A stretch of 64,000 nucleotides of DNA from an uncultured Planctomycetota bacterium (GTDB lineage: Bacteria > Planctomycetota > Planctomycetia > Pirellulales > Lacipirellulaceae). Within the stretch, counting starts at the first letter, position 1, and each line of letters opens with the position of its first letter. The notes beneath the pieces are model-generated. The model saw only the letters and a program-made list of their open reading frames with translations. It was not told where the DNA came from and ran no database searches. The translations under genes were made by a program, and so were the position numbers. The stretch lies in assembly GCA_963719315.1 (NCBI GenBank), contig CAVRBU010000018.1:1-64000 (forward strand). The letters are read 5' to 3'. Below, one piece after another: positions 12,426-23,842 of this stretch.

Positions 12426-12544
12426 TACATCAGAAAGTTAAACCGCTGCAGCGGCCGCGCAAGACCTGTGAGGGGTCTTGCGGGCCGCCAGCCCCACTAC
12501 CTTATTCAACCCTATTGGGCGCCCAACCAATGGGGTCCACCTCA

Positions 12545-13108
12545 CACAACTCTTCCTTTAAATCGTTCGGGCGAGCAACAAGCAACAATTGGAGTGCGCA
12601 CGTTCTTTTTTCCGGATTTGATCCGGTGTGTTTGGCAGTGCGGCGAAGGGATGATATTATCATGTTGTCCTCGAAAGCCACGCCAATCACATCGAGGCTA
12701 TCGCGTGTATCTCCGCGGTTGATCGCCGTTAATTTGGCTGAGAGTTCGCTCCAATGAGCGGGCTTAGGTAGATTAGTTCGGCCCTCGACAGCGGCCGCGA
12801 CGCCCCGAAGAATATCCGCGGTGAGCTGGGGACGATCCGCGGCGAGAGATAGCAATCTGGTAACCGTTTCCGCGTCACGATCGATATCCAATGTCAGGCG
12901 ACGCGCGATATTTTCGCGAATCAACGGAAAGGTCGTCTGCGTCAATAATTCAAGCGATTGTGCCGGGTGCGAGGCAATGAACGGCTCGATTCCCAACCAG
13001 AGGAGAATTGCCAATGTTCGATCCCCGGCAAGCTCGGCTTCCGGCCGAATCGCTATCGCTCGACCCAGTGGCCAGCGCATGTCGAAAGGCATCTTTTGGA
13101 GCGCCGAT
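12545..13108 (-). pseudogene. Internal fragment of a large PVC-type heme-binding/HEAT-repeat protein
   Basis: SALQKMPFDMRWPL...DRTLAILLWLGIEP helical repeat segment; no own start; ends at the IS3 boundary. Confidence 0.55.
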
Positions 13109-13360
13109 GGCGAGCTGAACGAAGCGCTGCTGCGCACCCGCGCTTGGGAGAATAGCGCTTGGGTGGTGTACGTTAAACAGAATCAGGCGCTGGTGATCAA
13201 ACCCAATGGCGAGATCATAGCGCGCGATCGCGGCGCGGGAGATGAACTTGTGTTGGCACGCATTGAGCTCAATTACAAAATGGGCGATGGCGATATTCGC
13301 AAGCGACACTCCCCCGAGTTCTACCGCGAGATAATCGAACCGAAGCCACCCGAAAAATAG
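13109..13360 (+). pseudogene. C-terminal fragment of a carbon-nitrogen hydrolase (nitrilase family)
   Basis: LLRTRAWEN..VVY...ALVIKPNGEIIA...ELVLARIEL; catalytic N-terminal part absent. Confidence 0.65.
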
Positions 13361-13434
13361 GCGCTGTGCCGCTCACTGCTTCCCGCGGCGAAAACGCAAT
13401 TCACGTTCTTCCTCCCTATTCTTTGGACACTGCC

Positions 13435-14523
13435 ATGAATCGCCGCCAGTTTCTTCAACGTACCGCTTCCATCTCGTTCGCCGGCGCAAGTTACCTTGCA
13501 ACGCATCGCACGCTCGCAGCCTCCCCAAACCCCGGTTCGAAGGTCCGGGTAGGATTCGTCGGTACTAGCCACCCACATGCGCAGGGGAAAATGGCCGCAA
13601 TTCGAGATCTCAAGGATGTCTTTGAGCTCGTCGGCGTCGTTGAGCCAGATTCCCAATTGCGAGAAGCCTGCAAATCAATACCCGAGTATCACGACGTGCC
13701 GTGGGTCGACGAAGATCAATTGCTGGCTACCGATAGGCTGCAAGCCATTCTAGTCGAGACAAAATTCGCCGACCTGCTGCCCACGGCCGCGCGGGGGGTC
13801 GCCCGCGGCCTCAACGTCCACCTCGACAAGCCACCGGGGAAATCGCTGGAAGAACTTGCCAAACTTCTGGACGACGCGCAGCGTCGCAACGTTCACGTTC
13901 AAATGGGATATATGCTCCGCTACAACCCGGGCTTCGAACTCTGTTTTCGGGCGGCGCGCGAGGGTTGGCTGGGCAGAATCTTCTCGCTCAGCACCACCAT
14001 GAGCACCGTACGTTCCCCAGCAAGGCGAAAGGACGTGGAGGAACCCAAAGGGGGTGCAATGTTCGATCTAGGATCCCACGTTATCGATGCCGTGGTAACG
14101 GTCCTGGGCGCTCCGCGAAAAGTCACGCCCTTCGCCCGCCAATTGCACCGCGATCAAGACAGTGTAAGCGACAATCAACTGGCCGTGTTCGAATACCCCG
14201 ATGCCATTGCCACCATTCGGGCAACTTTTGTCGAGCCGTACGCAGGCGATCGCCGTCAATTCGTGGTCTGTGGCGAAAACGGAACCTTCGAGATCCGCCC
14301 CCTTGAACCTCCCCAAGTTCGACTCACGCTGGAAAAACCAGTGCGCGAATTCAAAGCGGGGTCGCAAAATGTTGAACTACCGCCCATGGCCGGGCGGTAT
14401 CATGCACAATTGCTCGATTTTGCGGCCATCGTCCGCGGAAAAGCGAAGCCTCGCTGGTCGAGCGAACACGACTTGGCCGTCCAACGCGCCCTCCTGCAGG
14501 CTTGCGGTCTCGCTCAATCGTAA
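13435..14523 (+). CDS. Gfo/Idh/MocA oxidoreductase with Tat signal
   Basis: MNRRQFL; VGFVG, HLDKP, GYMLRYNPG, DLGSHVID. Confidence 0.88.
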   Translation: MNRRQFLQRTASISFAGASYLATHRTLAASPNPGSKVRVGFVGTSHPHAQGKMAAIRDLKDVFELVGVVEPDSQLREACKSIPEYHDVPWVDEDQLLATDRLQAILVETKFADLLPTAARGVARGLNVHLDKPPGKSLEELAKLLDDAQRRNVHVQMGYMLRYNPGFELCFRAAREGWLGRIFSLSTTMSTVRSPARRKDVEEPKGGAMFDLGSHVIDAVVTVLGAPRKVTPFARQLHRDQDSVSDNQLAVFEYPDAIATIRATFVEPYAGDRRQFVVCGENGTFEIRPLEPPQVRLTLEKPVREFKAGSQNVELPPMAGRYHAQLLDFAAIVRGKAKPRWSSEHDLAVQRALLQACGLAQS

Positions 14524-14542
14524 TTGATGCTTTCATCGACCG

Positions 14543-15433
14543 GTGGAATTGCGATCTAACAGGATCCGCCTGATGGTTCCGTGGTTACTGCTACTTGTAG
14601 CGCCGTTGTTACTTCAGCAGGCCGCTACTCTGCCAGTCGAAAAGCTAATCAACCTAAACAACGTCGAGTCCGACTTGACCGTTCCCGCCGTCACCGACGA
14701 AAAGCCGGCGGCCGGAAAGCGCGTTCGTCAAGTCAATTCCGGGTACGAGAGCTGGAAGTTGTATCACGTATTGTATCTGCCTCCGGAATGGAAGGTGGGC
14801 GGCAAGTACCCGGTTATCGTCGAGTTCCCTGGCAACGGGGGCTACCACAACGAGTATGGCGACACAAGCACCGGTCGTGTCGAGGACTGCAAGCTCGGTT
14901 ACGGCATCTCTGGCGGTCGGGGGTTCATCTGGGTCTGCCTGCCGTTTGTGGATGTGAAGAGGAAGATGCACGCCATCCAGTGGTGGGGCGACCCCGACGC
15001 CACGAAAGACTACTGTCGGCAAGTGGTGAGCCGGGTTTGTAAGGAATTCGGCGGCGATCCCGACGCCATCATCCTGACCGGCTTCTCGCGCGGCGCCATC
15101 GCTTGCAACTATATCGGGCTGCGCGACGATGAGACGGCTCGTCTCTGGCGGGCAATGGTGATCCACAGCCATTACGACGGCGTCCGGAAGTGGGGCTATC
15201 CGGACGACGATCCGGCGGCGGCACGCCAGAGGCTCCAGCGGTTCAAAGGCCGTCCACAGTTCGTGACGCAGGAGATGTCTGTCGAAGATGTGCGAGCATT
15301 CCTCAAGGATTCTCAGGTCAAGGTAACTCTCCTATCGTTGCCCTACCCGAACCACTCCGACGTTTGGGTTCTCAAGGATATACCCGAGCGGGCTCGATTA
15401 CGAAAGTGGCTGTCGGAAGTGCTCAAGCGGTGA
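14543..15433 (+). CDS. Secreted alpha/beta-hydrolase-fold protein
   Basis: Signal-like N-terminus; LYLP...YPVIVE; GFSRG nucleophile elbow. Confidence 0.7.
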   Translation: MELRSNRIRLMVPWLLLLVAPLLLQQAATLPVEKLINLNNVESDLTVPAVTDEKPAAGKRVRQVNSGYESWKLYHVLYLPPEWKVGGKYPVIVEFPGNGGYHNEYGDTSTGRVEDCKLGYGISGGRGFIWVCLPFVDVKRKMHAIQWWGDPDATKDYCRQVVSRVCKEFGGDPDAIILTGFSRGAIACNYIGLRDDETARLWRAMVIHSHYDGVRKWGYPDDDPAAARQRLQRFKGRPQFVTQEMSVEDVRAFLKDSQVKVTLLSLPYPNHSDVWVLKDIPERARLRKWLSEVLKR

Positions 15434-15509
15434 ACGATATTCATGCCGCGCCAAAATGGCCGCTGTACCGGAATGCAAGCGATTCTTGGCATTGTCAGAG
15501 TTCAAGCGA

Positions 15510-17407
15510 TTATCGCTTTTCAACGCCAACGCCTGCTTTGAGCGATGCGATCAATTCTTTAAGATGGTTTGCGTATACTTCGCGAGGGTTGCAGTCATGC
15601 CGTTTGCAAATTGCGGCGGCCATTCCGACCACTTCGCCCATCATGCCACACGTTCGCATTACTCGCACGGCACCGAGCGCTTCGTGCGTGACACTGATAT
15701 CGCGGCCTGACATGAAGAGGTTGGGCACATTGCGGCTGTAAAGACATCGATAGGGCGCCCAGTACGGACCATCGTATTGACTGACTTCGGCCACCGCGAT
15801 AAATGGTTCTGGGTCTTTCGCTGAATCGTATTGACGATCGGCCTGGTGGAGATCAAGACCCCACGTACAGGGGAAGCAGGCATCGGGGAACGGGGTCTTC
15901 TTGCGAAAGTCGTCGCCCGTCAACACGACATCGCCGAGCAGGCGACGTGACTCGCGCTTGCCGGCAATGAAGGCGGCCCACTTGAGGCGGTGATTGGGAA
16001 GTTTTCCGTCGACGTTCTTGAGCGTATCCCAGGCCCCATACATGGCGCAAGTTTTGGTCGCGAACCTGTTCCATGTCGCGAATCGGGTCCTGGTCGAAGC
16101 CACTTTCCCAAAACCAACCACCTAACCGCGCGAGGGTCGGCTCTGCACGATTTCGATTGGAAAATCGCGTATCGATTTCCCCCCGGCCAGGAAACTTCCT
16201 CTCGCTCAGATCGACCGCCCAGGGACAGCGAGGGAAAGGCGCCGGCTTGTCGCTGGGGGTGAACCTGAGCGACAGCGGATCGTTGTCCTTGCATAGACAT
16301 CGCAACTGGGGTTCGTTCTTTTCGACTTCGCCTACGTTCCAAAGGTTGCTGGAACCAAGGTGGCCAGTCTCAGTAATTTCAAAGTCGGCGCCTACGAGCG
16401 CGCGAAGCACTCCATCTCCTGTCGCGTCGAGAAACCAACGGCCCGAGACTCTCGTCCGCTTGCCGGAATGCGTATCTTGAGCCACGACCGACCGAATCAC
16501 GGCTTGCCGCGTTGAGGCGGCATTGACGCGTTGCTGGAGCATGAGGGTGAGGTTGGATTCCGCTCGTGCGACCTTCAATTTTACGTGATCTCGGTAAATC
16601 TCGTAGGCCTGTGCGTTGCCATCGGCAAGATCTTCGGTGCCGGCCAACTCGCAGACTATGTCGCCCACTCGGGGATACGGGGGCAAGTTTGTTTGCCCCT
16701 CGGGCCACACTCGGACTTCCGAGCTGCTATTGCCTCCCAAGATGGGACGGTCTTGGATCAGCGCTACGGTGAGCCCCAATCGCGCTGCGGAGATTGCCGC
16801 CGCCGTCCCCGCCAATCCGCCGCCTACTACCACCAAGTCGAAGTCACCCCCATTGGCAGGTTCGTTGTTCCAACCCAACATCTTGGCACGCAGTGTGGCC
16901 AGCTCCTTATCCCCTTCGGGTGGAACGAATTCCGGGTCCTTTGAGAACAGGATCGCATCGCACCGACCCTCGAACCCTGTTAGGTCATGAAGGGCGATCG
17001 TCGCCGTTGAGCCAACTTCAACAAAGCCGCCTTGTTGCCAATGCCATCTACTCCCCTCGGTGCCAAAGGTTACGGCGAGCGGTTTGCCATCGACGATTAC
17101 ACTAAATCTGCCCGTGCGCCGGCGCATTCCAAGGCGCAACCCAAGCGCGAGTGCGGACCCATACTTTGTAATTGCCCGGTTCGGCGAACTTCACGCTCTC
17201 TATCGCATCGGGAACCGGCTCTCCTAATCCATGCGCCAGAAGGTAAGGCGAACCCATCAGATCCATAAACTGCTGGTCGACGACCCACCCTCCAGTCGCT
17301 GCAAATGATTCCGCTTCAAGCCACACCAGTCCGCTGGCGAGACTGCTACTTGCAGGCATTGAAATGAGTATCGAGCATAAAAGTGCGCCGAGTGCGGTTT
17401 GCGTCAT
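15510..17407 (-). CDS. FAD-dependent oxidoreductase (frameshifts ~17118 and ~16050)
   Basis: VVVGGGLAG, DRPILGGNSS, DATGDG, KRESRRLLGD, PYRCLYSRNVPNLFMSGRDIS. Confidence 0.85.
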
Positions 17408-17908
17408 GGACTCCACCCTGATTGCCATAAGTTGTGGCTCGAACCGATTTAGCCAAGGAACGTGAACCATTTTAGCCCCGCGCCAGCTCGGATTCCCAGG
17501 GTAGTGGAATTCTTTTCGCACCGGAATTTACTTTTCTCCGTACATTATGCAGGGGAAATGGCAAATTGTTCCCACTGACCTATCCATTCCACCACCGAGA
17601 ATATTCACAGCAAACGCACGCGGACCTTCCTTGGGACCTGCCAGAAGTCCGTATCCATCCCACGAACTTTACTGGCAAGACGCCACGTCCGAGTGTCAAA
17701 AACACCCGGTTCGCTGACTGTCGGTAGAGGACATTCGGAAGCAGTTGAGGATGCGTCGTAAAACTGTAGTGGCCCCCGAGCTTGCATAGCAAGCAAGCCG
17801 GACGCAAAGCGGAGATGCCATCGGCCTGATATTGTCCGTAGCCACCGGTTGCCACTACGATCGCCCCGATTTTCAATTCGAAACCGCTAAGGCCGGATTT
17901 TCTGACGC

Positions 17909-19215
17909 ATGGGCCTGCTATTCATCTTGTCCCTTTTGGCGCTCACGCCGCCGCCGGCGCCCGATACGATCGTAGTCTGTCCGGCCGAATTTCGCCCGGC
18001 CCTCGTGGAATGGGAAACCGTGCGTCGAGGGCAGGGGCACGAGATCATGATCGTTCCGCCGCCTGCCACCGCCGAGAGACTCCAATCGACCATCCGCAAC
18101 GTGGGCAAAACCGGCAATTTGAAATTCGTCGTCCTCATGGGCGACGTGCCGGTGCGGGGTCGGGAGACCCGCGCACAGCAAGTAGAGACCCGCGCACAAC
18201 AATTAGAAAGCCGCGCACAACGGAACGTAACGATTCCGACGAATTACGTTGCGGCCAAGGTCAATGTGCGGTTTGGTTCGGAGCCCAATATCGCCAGCGA
18301 TATCCCGTATGCCGATTTGGACGGCGACGGCGTTCCCGACCTGGCGATCGGCCGGATTCCGGCCGATTCGGCCGACGAGCTTGCGGCGATTCTGCGGAAG
18401 ACGATTGAATACGAACAGCGATCCGAAAGCGGCGCCTGGGAACACCGCCTCAATTTCGCCTCAGGTCAGGGCGGGTTTGGCGCCGTGACCGACGCGCTCA
18501 TCGAAGCCGCCGCGCGACAAGTCATTCAACAAAACATTCCGGCGGAGTACGAAACGAGGCACATCTTTCCGGCGCGGTCGACGGCAGCGGTCGCGTGCTA
18601 GCCAATTTTGCGGCCAGTGCGCGGCAACAGCTCAGCGAAGGCAGCCTGGCATGGGTCTATATGGGACACGGCCGATCGTCCGAGCTTGATCGGGTGCGAA
18701 CTCCAACCGGCAGCGAGTCGATACTGTCCGTCGGCGATGTGCCGAATCTGCGATGCGGCGGTCACAGTCCCCTCGCCGTGCTGGTTGCCTGCTCGACGGG
18801 CGCGATGGATGCGCCCCGCGACTGCCTGGCGGAGGAGCTTTTGAAAGCGGATGAGGGACCGGTCGCCGTCATTGCGGCGACGCGAATCACGATGCCGTAT
18901 GGAAACACCGTGCTTGGTTGCGAACTGCTGCGGGCATGCTTCCGCGACCGGCCCGAGCACCTGGGTGATACGCTACGAGTGGCCGAGCGAAAAACGCTGC
19001 TGCCGGCGAGTGACGACAAATTGCGTACGTCACTCGACTCCCTGGCCACCGGCTTCAGCCCGCCGCCCGTTGACCTAGCGAGCGAACGTCGCGAGCACGT
19101 GCTGATGTATCACTTGTACGGCGATCCGCTATTGCACTTGCGATACGCCGTCGTGGGTGAGTCGCCGTCGCCGACCATGAGCCCTGCCGAACCTAAGTTG
19201 TCGCGCAAAAAATAA
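17909..19215 (+). CDS. Peptidase C25 (gingipain-like) family protein (frameshift ~18590)
   Basis: VVLMGD, SDIPYADLDGDGVPDLAIGRIP, YMGHG, ACSTG, YHLYGDP. Confidence 0.85.
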
Positions 19216-19250
19216 GGCCCCTCGGCGCATTGCCGCACTTTGGGGCCTTC
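19214..19250. terminator. Probable terminator between convergent genes
   Basis: AAGGCCCC...GGGGCCTTC hairpin. Confidence 0.5.
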
Positions 19251-19304
19251 TGTATTCAACAGCTGCAAGTCGCAATTTCAGACGGATCGGTACCTATCAC
19301 CGCC

Positions 19305-20027
19305 TCACGTGTAACGTCTTCGCGCCATCGCCAGCCCAACGCCGGCGCACGCCAACAGCAAACCGGCGGTCGGCTCAGGAATAATGATCTGCGAGAAGGT
19401 CTGGTCGACAAACGAAAGGGTAACGGTTGAAGGCCCCTCTGGATCGTTTGGATTGATCTTGGCGAGCCCTAAGATGTCTTTCTGCACGTTGAGGGATTGC
19501 GTCGGCGTGAAGGCGGTGGAATCGACCATCTTTGTTCCCAGATTCTGGTCGTCATAGATCCTCATACGGTACGGCGGAACTTGGCTCAGCGGCAAAAACG
19601 TTTCGGTCACGCTCATCGATCCAAACTGGCCCAGGAGACTCGGGTTGCCTTGCAAATGGGCATCCGAAATCAATCGCCCAAGTGCCGCAGTAACGGTATA
19701 GGTAATCAGTGCGTCGGAGCCGCCCGCGACGCCGGTCGTGTCGATGAAGGCCCCCTGGAACCGGATGCCGAAGTTGCCGAAATCGTCCGTAATCGGAATG
19801 ACATTCACGCTCACCGGATCCGGCATGTCGCCAGTGAAACTGTACGTGAAATTCGTGAAGGTTTTGTCACCAGCGCCGATTGTTCCTCCAGGAGTCAGGA
19901 GCGACGAGAGCTTCACCGGATCGCCGATGATGGTCGCGGCAGAGCAGGTGGAAACGCCCGCCATGATTGCCAAACCACACGTGATAGTACAGAGCGTCGC
20001 TACGGTTCTGCGGAATTGGCGACACAT
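19305..20027 (-). CDS. PEP-CTERM sorting domain protein
   Basis: Signal peptide; C-terminal IPEP + hydrophobic helix + RRR. Confidence 0.88.
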   Translation of the reverse strand: MCRQFRRTVATLCTITCGLAIMAGVSTCSAATIIGDPVKLSSLLTPGGTIGAGDKTFTNFTYSFTGDMPDPVSVNVIPITDDFGNFGIRFQGAFIDTTGVAGGSDALITYTVTAALGRLISDAHLQGNPSLLGQFGSMSVTETFLPLSQVPPYRMRIYDDQNLGTKMVDSTAFTPTQSLNVQKDILGLAKINPNDPEGPSTVTLSFVDQTFSQIIIPEPTAGLLLACAGVGLAMARRRYT

Positions 20028-20561
20028 AAATGTAACTCCTTCAGTTGAAATGATCTCGATCATTTGTTTTCGTTTCCCTTGCCGCCACGCAAAACACTCG
20101 CGCGACGCGCGTAAAGCGCCCCAAGTCTCTTGATGATTTCTCTTGCATACGCGGCACTCCCGCGCACAACCTAACCTTCTATTTTCTCCCGCGCACGATC
20201 GGCGTTGCCGATCGTGCTATCTGGCACATCGACAAGTCACCACGAAGCCCGTTTGTTTCGGCGTTGGTGCATGCCTCGTTTTGCAACCTCATTCGATCGG
20301 TTTCTGCGAGCGCGTTTCCGGACGTGCTGACTTTTCGTCCGATGGTTGGACAACTCCGGCACTCCTCTACGCGAGTCAGCGAGCCGCTCGTCTCCATCCA
20401 AGTCGCCAAAATCACAGCGCAATGGAAGTGTCATGGTTCGACCCTTTCATTCATGCCTTGCGCAATTCGCGCCTCTCCCGCGCGAGCGACCTGCGCTCGG
20501 CGGAAGAGCGTAATACGCGTTCCTTTTCTTAACAGCCCCCATTGGCCAGGCAACGCAACGA

Positions 20562-21053
20562 CTACGTCGTCGGATGAGCCGCCTGGTCACCAAGTTTGTT
20601 CAAAATGTTTCGTGCTTCGCCGCACAACAAAGCGATGTCGCTTTCGCTATCGACACCGGGCAAGTACACCCACACACCCAGTTGCCGAGACCACACCTCA
20701 CTCAGCGCGTCGTCGGGCTTTCCGCACACGGCCAGCAACGGGCCGTCCCGGGCCGTCAGTTGCTGGATCAAATTTCGTAGTTGTGGTTCGCAATCCGCCG
20801 GCGCCGATTGCAAATCAATCAGGGCTAAATCAATGCGGTGCCGAACCGACTGGCGATTGGCGTCTTCGGCCGTCGTGCAAACGATCGTGGCCCACAGTTC
20901 TTCGTGCGCAGCTCGCACCCAGAGCTGCGCTCGTCGCGCGGAAGCTGACACAACCAAGCACGTTTGCAGGGCAACGGGGGTTCGGCGCCTCATCGGCACG
21001 CGAGCCTCCGAAGATGCCAGCACGGCCGGCGAACTCCTTTGCTGTTCACTCAT
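20562..21053 (-). CDS. Hypothetical protein with receiver (REC)-like fold
   Basis: Alternating beta/alpha pattern CLVVS...DLALIDL...LLAVCG...GVWVYLP. Confidence 0.55.
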   Translation of the reverse strand: MSEQQRSSPAVLASSEARVPMRRRTPVALQTCLVVSASARRAQLWVRAAHEELWATIVCTTAEDANRQSVRHRIDLALIDLQSAPADCEPQLRNLIQQLTARDGPLLAVCGKPDDALSEVWSRQLGVWVYLPGVDSESDIALLCGEARNILNKLGDQAAHPTT

Positions 21054-21994
21054 GAAAATGGCCCATCAGTAGTTGTTCCCCGCCTCGCGCCATCACGGCC
21101 ACCCGGTGCGCAAACCCTTCACCAACGGTAAATTACTTACTGCCCGCATCAAAACACTCCCCAATCCGCCTGAATACTTCATTCCTTCACTGCCGCTCCG
21201 GCGATGTCCTCAGGCAGACGCTACCTACTTTGCAACACACGTCGAGAATCATGCGATCCGAAACCAGCACGCTTTCCACCCGACCGTTCGGGCAAACCGA
21301 CGTTGCCACAGACCGACAGCGCACAGCTTCAGCGGCGCACGCGCATGTCTTGTGCGCAACAAAGCCATAGCCCTGCGCGCTACCAAGCCATCTTGCGACG
21401 TCGCCGCCGATGAATTCCGTTAAACGACTGCGGAGCCTTGCCCCGTCGCCGACCCATCTCCGGTTTCTTCCGCTGAGAAGCTTCAAAGCGATCGACCGTC
21501 CGGAAGTTCTCGACCCCGTAGTCCAGGTCCGTAGCTTCGTACTGTTGCTTGTGGCTCATTGATCATTTCCTTTCTCGAGTCCGTCCGAAATCACGATCGG
21601 GAACCTGCCTCGCGGTCCCCGTGCGCACCATGACCGCCCCGTGCGGCATGCGCATTGGTATGCCGTCGCCATACGCGATTGGCATGCCAAGTTGACGGAA
21701 GATAACTAATACCGAGCACAAGGGAAGGAACGCCAAGAACTTGCGGCGATTCATGGAGCGGCGATCGTCCGCGTCACTCGGTCGCGACCTTCACCAAAGC
21801 GGTGATGAGCGGCCGAAACGTGAGTCGTAAGAGTTTATTTGCAAACAACTTAGGGCTCGGATTCACTATCTCGGTGAATCCTCACTTCCCTGGTGGAAGA
21901 TCCTGGCAAGAAGCAGCAGCGCGATGGCCATTATTGGCCAATAGGGCGAGCAACGAAGTCCGCTGGTGCAACGGGCGCCCTGTAGCGGCCGATT

Positions 21995-23020
<1,026 letters not shown>

Positions 23021-23062
23021 TCAATACTAGCCCGCGCAAATCGCACTCACAACGGTCGGGAT

Positions 23063-23204
23063 GTCGAGGGCTGAGAGTTGAGGGCGGAGAGCCGGAAATG
23101 ATTGCGAAAGCATGTCAATTCTGGCTCTTGATTCTTGACGCTCGACTCTCCAGTCTCCCGCCTGGCCCTTGGCCCTTGACCCTCGACCCTCGACCCTCGA
23201 CTCT
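23063..23204. repeat. Degenerate inverted heptamer repeats (GTCGAGG / CCTCGAC)
   Basis: GTCGAGGGCTGAGAGTTGAGGG...CCCTTGACCCTCGACCCTCGACCCTCGACTCT. Confidence 0.7.
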
Positions 23205-23210
23205 AAGCAC

Positions 23211-23639
23211 ATGCCTCCGATCCCACCCAAAATTTCCGTCGGCCCGTTCGATTTCACGTCCGTGGGAGTGCGGATCTCGGGCAAGCCCGAAGTAGCCGAG
23301 TGGAAAGGGCCCCTGCAATTCGCCCTGTGGTGCCAGCGCGCGGGGCCCTGGTGGATCGGCGACCTGCTCAACGCCGGTGAGGATGCGTTCGGAGAGTCGT
23401 TTTCGCAGTCGTGCGAGGGCGCCGTCTCGGCCGAAATGTTGAATCGCTACGCCTCCGTAGCCCGCCGAGTCCCGATTGAAAATCGCCGGGCCAGCCTTTC
23501 GTGGTCTGCCCACGCGGTCACAGCTCAGCTGCCGCACGACCTCCAAAAACGCTTGCTCTTGGAAGCCGAGCGCCACGGCTGGACTACCGAAGAATTGCGT
23601 ACCAAGGCCCGCGAGGCAATGCAACGCGATCGAAAATGA
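23211..23639 (+). CDS. LmbU-like transcriptional regulator
   Basis: WWIGDLL..GE..FG, YASVARR, RR.SLSWSAH..AQLP, W.TEELR resemble LmbU-family motifs. Confidence 0.6.
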   Translation: MPPIPPKISVGPFDFTSVGVRISGKPEVAEWKGPLQFALWCQRAGPWWIGDLLNAGEDAFGESFSQSCEGAVSAEMLNRYASVARRVPIENRRASLSWSAHAVTAQLPHDLQKRLLLEAERHGWTTEELRTKAREAMQRDRK

Positions 23640-23842
23640 GGTGAGCTATTGCCGATCGACGAGAACGCCATACTAAAAACCAACACCGAACCCTTCAATT
23701 CGGGTAAACTTCGACAACCGGGAGATTGACAACGAACCTCGATCCAGACGAAAATATGTGAACGTGAGCGACGGGTTTTCTCAGTTCAAAGCAACGAGGC
23801 CTGAGCAACACGGTTGATGGCAGCCGCGCAGAAACAAATCCA

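Larger units (their letters stand above)
9338..12544 (+). mobile_element. IS3-family insertion sequence carrying a group II intron; no target duplication
   Basis: IRs TGAGGTGGACCCC...GGGCGCCC / GGGCGCCC...GGGGTCCACCTCA; orfA and orfB; exact ends could extend 2 bp. Confidence 0.9.

Noticed and set aside
17410..17900. att site or integrase marking the right edge of the island
   Set aside because: No integrase and no direct repeat of the groEL 3' end visible
21054..21990. Possible ncRNA or small genes in the ~940-bp spacer
   Set aside because: No tRNA, riboswitch or coding pattern I can support; candidate sigma54 boxes have the wrong spacing
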